The notes beneath the pieces were generated by a model. That model saw only the letters and a program-made list of their open reading frames with translations. It was not told where the DNA came from and made no database searches. A DNA stretch of 33,011 nt from Stramenopiles sp. TOSAG23-2 (Eukaryota), in contig LT649234.1 of assembly GCA_900128395.1 (NCBI GenBank), forward strand, positions 62,001-95,011. Reading direction: 5' to 3'. The stretch's first letter is position 1, and each line of letters starts with the position of its first letter. The position numbers and the translations under genes were made by a program. Below, piece by piece: positions 27,646 to 33,011 of the stretch.

Positions 27646-29715
27646 TCAAGTATAACGCGGTTGTTGAGGATCGTAAACTATAGCAGGATCATAAAGTTCT
27701 TGATTATTATACGATGGTTGTTGCTGTTGTTGTGTCACATTACTAGGATTACCATTACTATAACCTTGAAGTAATTGTGAAAGAAGGGCAGGATCCATAT
27801 TTTGTTGTGATTGTTGTTGTAAATGCGGTTGCTGTTGTTGTTGTTGTTGGGGATCGTAAACGGCACTGTTATTGTAATTGCTATTGGGATTATATGGTTG
27901 TTGTTGATTGTATTGCTGTTGCTGATCATACGAATATGAAGGCGGCATTCCAGGAGGATACGGATCGTATACTGGAGCATTAGAATGATTATATTGTTGT
28001 TGATTATCATATGCAGGTGCTTGATACTGCTGCTGCTGCTGTTGTTGATTATATCCATGATGATTATTCATTGCATTCGTTTGTTGGGTATATTGTTGTT
28101 GCTGTTGCTGCTGTTGTTGTTGCTGTTGCTGCTGTTGTTGTTGCTGTTGTTGCTGTTGCTGCTGCTGTTGTTGTTGTTGCAAACGTTGCTCCATTTCTTG
28201 TTGTTGCATCAATAATTGTTTTTCCTTCAATTCTAATTCTAACTTTTGTAATTGTTGTTGTTTAGACATCAATTTCAATTCTTGTTGTACAATAGCATTG
28301 TTTTTGGCGTTAATAGCAGCAACGTCAGCTACATGATTAGTCGCTGGTGGAGCAAGCACTACTGCTGGTTGTAAAACTTCCAACTCTTGACTATGTCTTC
28401 TTCCATGATCGTGACCTTGACTATATCCTCTCATATTACGTTGCATGTTTCCATTATTATTATTATTATTTTGCTCCATTTGACGTTGCATATTTATATC
28501 TTTTGAATGTTTAGACATAATATCAATCAACCCCACCAATGGTTTTTCCTCATGTCGTCTTTGAGTGTTTGAAGAAAAATTACGATAATTAACAGTTTGA
28601 TTGTTTTCATTTGATTTACCAACAATGCATACAAAATTAATTCCTTCTTGCTGATATTGAGTTAAGACATCCCCCATACGCATATTATTTAGTACACGAA
28701 TTTCACATGGAAAAAAAGCTTTTGTCTCGATTTCATTGCGTACAAAGTTGCAATACTTAGAATGATTATGACTTAGCAATAATAAAATGCAAGGTGGGAG
28801 ACGTTTGTATGCAAAATATTGTCGCATATCAGCTAGTAATGATTGTTGCCGAGTATCCATCATCATATTATTGTTGTTGTTAGTATATGGTTGTAAACCA
28901 CCACCACTTGCAAGATGATTATTGCGTGATGAATTCGGATATACACGTTCACGGTAATTAGGAACATAGTTGTTTTTTTGCAAAACTTTATCATTGTTTT
29001 TTGCAGCACTTTGTACTTGAAGTATATTATCCCCTAAATTCATTGCATTTGCAGCAGCACTTTGAATCGCATGTTGTGCTTCTTCAGGAGTAGCAAATTG
29101 TACAAATCCAAAAGATGTACTACGTTTTTTAATAATATGTGGTTTTTCAATTACATTACCAAATTTCGAGAAAAGTTGATGAAGATTTTCAGGCGTATCC
29201 CAACCTTTTTGTAGATTACCAACATATACTCTTGCTAAATTTTTTCTTTTATTATATTCTGCATATGTATGTGCATTGCGTTGACTATTGGATTTAGAAG
29301 TGCGAGCACGTTTATTGCTGGTATTGGAAGTGGTATCAATAGTAGAAGAAGAAGCATGTCCATTTTTATCTTCAAAAAAAGTTGTCGTCGTATCGGCAGC
29401 ATTATTTGATATTGACCTGGAGGATCTTGTACGTTTTTTTGAAGTTGTTACTGGAGTATCCGATGAGGTTGTTGGTTTGATTGTTTCTTTTTCAGGAATA
29501 TTTTCAATACCTTTCCTCGTAGCTTTAGTTTGAACAATATCCTTATCACTTTTTGTCGTTGACGATTCTTCTTCTGTTATAGTGGTAGTAGAATCTTGTA
29601 CTGTTGTTGGTTTAATGTTTAAAGATTTGCCGTTGATTATAATACTATTATTATTATCATCATCTTTAACATCATTCTTTTCATCATTAGTAGTATGAAC
29701 AGAATTGGATGACAT
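27646..29715 (-). CDS. NCOA5-like RNA-binding protein: RRM + anticodon-binding-like domain + Q/N/Y/P-rich prion-like tail
   Basis: RNP2 VYVGNL and RNP1 SFGFVQF. The alpha/beta segment PPCILLLL...EGINFVCIVGKSNENNQTVNYR resembles the HGTP anticodon-binding fold found in NCOA5. Poly-Q and YDP repeats follow. Confidence 0.85.
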   Translation of the reverse strand: MSSNSVHTTNDEKNDVKDDDNNNSIIINGKSLNIKPTTVQDSTTTITEEESSTTKSDKDIVQTKATRKGIENIPEKETIKPTTSSDTPVTTSKKRTRSSRSISNNAADTTTTFFEDKNGHASSSTIDTTSNTSNKRARTSKSNSQRNAHTYAEYNKRKNLARVYVGNLQKGWDTPENLHQLFSKFGNVIEKPHIIKKRSTSFGFVQFATPEEAQHAIQSAAANAMNLGDNILQVQSAAKNNDKVLQKNNYVPNYRERVYPNSSRNNHLASGGGLQPYTNNNNNMMMDTRQQSLLADMRQYFAYKRLPPCILLLLSHNHSKYCNFVRNEIETKAFFPCEIRVLNNMRMGDVLTQYQQEGINFVCIVGKSNENNQTVNYRNFSSNTQRRHEEKPLVGLIDIMSKHSKDINMQRQMEQNNNNNNGNMQRNMRGYSQGHDHGRRHSQELEVLQPAVVLAPPATNHVADVAAINAKNNAIVQQELKLMSKQQQLQKLELELKEKQLLMQQQEMEQRLQQQQQQQQQQQQQQQQQQQQQQQQQQQQQYTQQTNAMNNHHGYNQQQQQQQYQAPAYDNQQQYNHSNAPVYDPYPPGMPPSYSYDQQQQYNQQQPYNPNSNYNNSAVYDPQQQQQQQPHLQQQSQQNMDPALLSQLLQGYSNGNPSNVTQQQQQPSYNNQELYDPAIVYDPQQPRYT
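28093..28179 (-). repeat. Coding CAA/CAG repeat encoding 29 consecutive glutamines
   Basis: 87 nt of TTG/CTG triplets on the + strand, in frame with the RRM gene. Confidence 0.9.
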
Positions 29716-30102
29716 TTTATTGACGTTATATATATATATATATATATAAATATAAATTTTGATTATAGTTATATGTATATTCTTTCTAATAACTTTAGTT
29801 TCAAGGTTGATTAAAAAATATATTTCTTTAATTAATAATTATTACAAAAAAAAATTAAACAAACTGAAATTCAACGTAAATAGTAGAAACAGCAATAATT
29901 AACAACAACAACAGCAAAAAAAAGAAGTTATAAGTAATAAAAGGGGGATGGAAAACGATGCAAATATATGTATGTATCTATATATATATATATATCTTGA
30001 TGAAACAAATATCCACATAAAAGTTCTACATCTATATCTATATCTATCCCTAATTTTCTTTCTAATAATTTTTTAGTTGTTTGTCTATTATTAGTTAGTA
30101 TG

Positions 30103-30175
30103 AGATCTATATTGTTGCTGGATTGCCAGGATGATTGCACTCCAGGCACTCTGGCACTATTGTGTGTGGTGCTAA
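30103..30175. promoter_or_regulatory. GC-rich island with GCACT units, related to the 5261-5373 island
   Basis: Ordered shared blocks AGATCTAT, TGYACTCC(A)GGYACTCT, CTATT and TGGTGCTAA. Confidence 0.45.
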
Positions 30176-30270
30176 ACTTCATTCATTTTCTTTTTTTCTG
30201 TTTTTTGTTGATCCATCGGTGGTGGTGGAGTCAATCACTTTTTCATCATAATATAACAACACAACACACT

Positions 30271-31145
30271 ATTGAATATATTTATTTTATACTTGATGCA
30301 CAGATTAGCATACCAATATCTATAACATGAAGTGCTATTAATTATCCTAAATAAATAGGTATAAATTGCTGGAACACCTTAAATATATCGTTACCTATTA
30401 AGCAAATTAAAAAAGCCATGAAGAAAGAAGGAACCAAGGAAATGAAATATATCACGATCTCAAAATGCAAACCGTGGACATGGGTAATGGTACCAATTAA
30501 AACATACAGCATAAATAATATTAAAGACATGCGACGACATGAGAATCATCTGATACAACAATATAAACCCCAACTAAATTTTATTGGCACTTACAAACAA
30601 AATATCAAAATTAATGGAATGGCAAAAAGAAACTCAAATAACAAGCGCGATATATAAAAAATTAAGAAATAAGAGATTAAGAAATAAAATTAAAAACTTC
30701 AATGAAAGTGCAACTACTTTTAAGTATAAACAACATGGAAATTGCCAAACTGTTAAAAAAGATATGGATATTCGACGATACCAGCCCCATTTTCTTCAGC
30801 TTTGCCATTTTGTAAATGATGAGTTCCTACCAGATGGGTTTCACAATTGGTCATTTCCACAGTTACTAGTATTTTCTGTGGGAATTGAAAATTGGATAAG
30901 GAGGAAGAAGAAGGATGTCAAGGCATGTAGACAAATATAACGAATTGATTCAAAATGAGGATTCAATAATTGCAGAAATGAGCAAAAATGAGCAAATGCA
31001 TGCAATGTTTACAAACATTGCTACAAAATTTGAGACTGAAATTAATGAAATGGATGCCCTTCTTAATGTTGGGTATTCATTTGTGAAGTTACATGAAATG
31101 ACTGCACTTGACTATACAACTGTGATACAATGCACACAGCAGTAA
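30271..31145 (+). pseudogene. Decayed coding remnant with GIY-YIG endonuclease-like motifs (possible Penelope-like retroelement or other selfish-element fragment)
   Basis: One frame reads IEYIYFILD...IT*SAINYPK*IG...WVMVPIKTY...RRHENHLIQQYKPQLN, with in-frame stops at 30328 and 30352. Two overlapping ORFs in other frames follow (30584-30940, 30915-31145), consistent with frameshifts. Confidence 0.45.
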
Positions 31146-31440
31146 GTGTTTACATTAGGGTTTCTACGCTACACTACATTAACACTACATAGCATGGTAA
31201 ATCTCTATTACTATGTACATACCATTGTGAATATAAATCAGGCCACTTTAACTTCTTTTTTTTGCAACAACAACAAAAAAACAACAACACATCATTGCAA
31301 AATTACTAATGCACTAACTATACTATAATATATATTATACACGAGAAAAAAAAATATATATATAGTCTATAATTAGGAATACATATTTACATTCACCCCA
31401 CCACCATCATCTCAATTGTTACTATTATTATATTATAATC

Positions 31441-32937
31441 ATGCCTACATCATCATCATCATCAGAATTAACGACACATTTTTTAAAAGTAGATAATGAA
31501 AATAATAACTCTACAACTACTAAACGTTTAATTGGCATTGATTTATTTCGAGGTTTAATTATGATAGTAATGGCGTGGGATCATTCAAAAGATTTTTTAG
31601 CAAATAAAAAGTTACCAAAACATCAAGGTGGTAGTGCTTGGAGTGGCGAGTTACAAGATTTTGATCATAGTTCTTTGTTATTCTTTGCAAGATTTATAAG
31701 TCATTTTTGTGCTCCTGGATTTTTCTATACAATGGGAATTGGTATGGTATTATTTACAAAGTCACGCTTATTGAAAAAGAAATGGAGTAAATTTAAGATT
31801 GTGAAACATTTTTTAATACGTGGTTTTGTATTATTACTTGTTGGTCGATTGGTTGATATTGCAATTATTTTTCAAGTAATACCAATAATAATTGATCATA
31901 AACCATTTCCAATTGAAAAAATATTTGGTGGTAGTATTTGGACAATACCATTTATTGGTATTTGGGAAGTTATGACTGGTTTATCATATGTAATGATTGT
32001 AGTTGGTTTATTTATTCCAACAATAGTGGAAAATATGTTTGTGAAAAAATTAAATCAAAATAAAATCAACATATTTTTCCAACATACAATGATCCTTTTC
32101 ATTGCACTACTATCCTTTATTTTATCAAATTATACCATCGTTCATGCACAAAATGGTGATCCATGTGGACCATCTTGTCATGAGATGAAGAATAGTTCCA
32201 ATGTACAACCTCCATGGCCGAGAGAAGAAGGAATAGCAACAGGTTTTTGGGAAATATTTTTGCGTTATACATTGATTCCAGGACGTTTTTCAAAAGGTGT
32301 TATAATTTACCCATTGATACCATGGATTAGTATGACATTATTTGGAATTGTACATGGTTATGGATTTTCAACAAATCCAACAAAAAGTTATCTTATTGCT
32401 AGATATGTTGGTATTATAAGTTTGATATTTTTTATTTGTATACGTTTATATGGCCATGATGGATATTTTGGTAATTTGCGAGGTTTACCACGTGATGGTG
32501 TACAAGGTAATTGGTTAATTGCATTTTTGAATGTATGCAAATATCCACCATCAATTGCATATACATTATTAACATTAGGTATAGATTTATTGATTTTAGG
32601 TACTATTGAAAGATTCATAAACTTTTTTACAAATTGTTGCAGTAATGATACAAACAACATCATCAATAATAACAATGAAAAACAAATAACAACATCATTA
32701 ATATTAAAACGAATTTTATTAGCATATGGTAAAGTACCTTTATTTTTTTACTTGATTCATTTTCAAGTTTTAGGTGTATTATCAATGATATTACAATTTC
32801 TAGGAAACGGATTAGATTTAGATTTAGTAATTATACCGTACATCTTTGTTTTAATGTTTATGTTTTTTATTTGTGAAAAATATTCCAAATATAAAATGAC
32901 ATTAAGTAGTGAAAGTTGGATACGAAATTATTTATAA
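31441..32937 (+). CDS. DUF1624 / heparan-alpha-glucosaminide N-acetyltransferase-like multi-pass membrane protein
   Basis: 498 aa. Motifs RLIGIDLFRGLIMIVMAWDH, RFISHFCAPGF, YPLIPW, FLNVCKYPPS and YGKVPLFFYLIH are those of bacterial DUF1624 (HGSNAT_cat clan) proteins. About ten hydrophobic segments. Confidence 0.88.
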   Translation: MPTSSSSSELTTHFLKVDNENNNSTTTKRLIGIDLFRGLIMIVMAWDHSKDFLANKKLPKHQGGSAWSGELQDFDHSSLLFFARFISHFCAPGFFYTMGIGMVLFTKSRLLKKKWSKFKIVKHFLIRGFVLLLVGRLVDIAIIFQVIPIIIDHKPFPIEKIFGGSIWTIPFIGIWEVMTGLSYVMIVVGLFIPTIVENMFVKKLNQNKINIFFQHTMILFIALLSFILSNYTIVHAQNGDPCGPSCHEMKNSSNVQPPWPREEGIATGFWEIFLRYTLIPGRFSKGVIIYPLIPWISMTLFGIVHGYGFSTNPTKSYLIARYVGIISLIFFICIRLYGHDGYFGNLRGLPRDGVQGNWLIAFLNVCKYPPSIAYTLLTLGIDLLILGTIERFINFFTNCCSNDTNNIINNNNEKQITTSLILKRILLAYGKVPLFFYLIHFQVLGVLSMILQFLGNGLDLDLVIIPYIFVLMFMFFICEKYSKYKMTLSSESWIRNYL

Positions 32938-33011
32938 AAAAAAATACACAAAAAGAATTAATGTGTGTGTATGAAGTAATTATTTTTAAATATTTATAAA
33001 ATTTATAAAAA

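Noticed and set aside
30328-30354. In-frame TGA/TAA as evidence of an alternative genetic code or selenocysteine
   Set aside because: Intact genes in the window end in TAA, TAG and TGA and have no internal stops; decay is the simpler explanation.
17009-31150. 11-bp match CAGTAAGTGTT at 17009 and 31140
   Set aside because: A single short match with no flanking similarity; plausible by chance in 33 kb of AT-rich DNA.
12503-31163. Isolated telomere-like TTAGGG words (about 12510 and 31155)
   Set aside because: Only one or two units each; not an array and expected by chance.
1-33011. CRISPR array, rRNA or prokaryotic operon/defence system
   Set aside because: No regularly spaced repeats with unique spacers, no rRNA-like segment, and gene content and layout are eukaryotic.

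Overview
AT-rich, gene-dense eukaryotic nuclear DNA. The gene content (PKD2 channel, cyclin A, multi-EF-hand and Ank/WW/RING proteins, Asn/Gln low-complexity tracts) suggests a flagellated protist, possibly a stramenopile; this is inference only. There are eleven apparently intronless protein genes, all with A at -3 of the ATG, in almost strictly alternating orientation. In order: polycystin-2-like channel (-, runs off the window and is missing from the ORF track); multi-zinc-finger protein (+); secreted or GPI-anchored Mid1/FAM155/Frizzled-CRD-like protein (+); coiled-coil/EF-hand/ankyrin/WW/RING protein (-); secreted EGF/CxC-repeat protein with a fibrinogen-like lead-in (+); small coiled-coil protein that aligns without gaps to SSNA1/DIP13 (-); cyclin A (+); 1977-aa EF-hand + MABP + RanBP2-type zinc-finger protein (-); short hypothetical protein (+); NCOA5-like RRM + anticodon-binding-fold poly-Q protein (-); DUF1624/HGSNAT-like membrane protein of bacterial type (+). 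A decayed GIY-YIG-like coding remnant lies at about 30.3-31.1 kb. The most unexplained signal is non-coding. Most upstream intergenic regions carry a short GC-rich palindromic or 9-bp-periodic island (GCCTGC, GCATGC, GCTAGC or GCACT units) about 0.3-0.5 kb upstream of a start codon, and several islands are cross-homologous. Two divergent promoters also share tandem copies of a ~45-bp dispersed repeat. No tRNA, rRNA or CRISPR array was seen.
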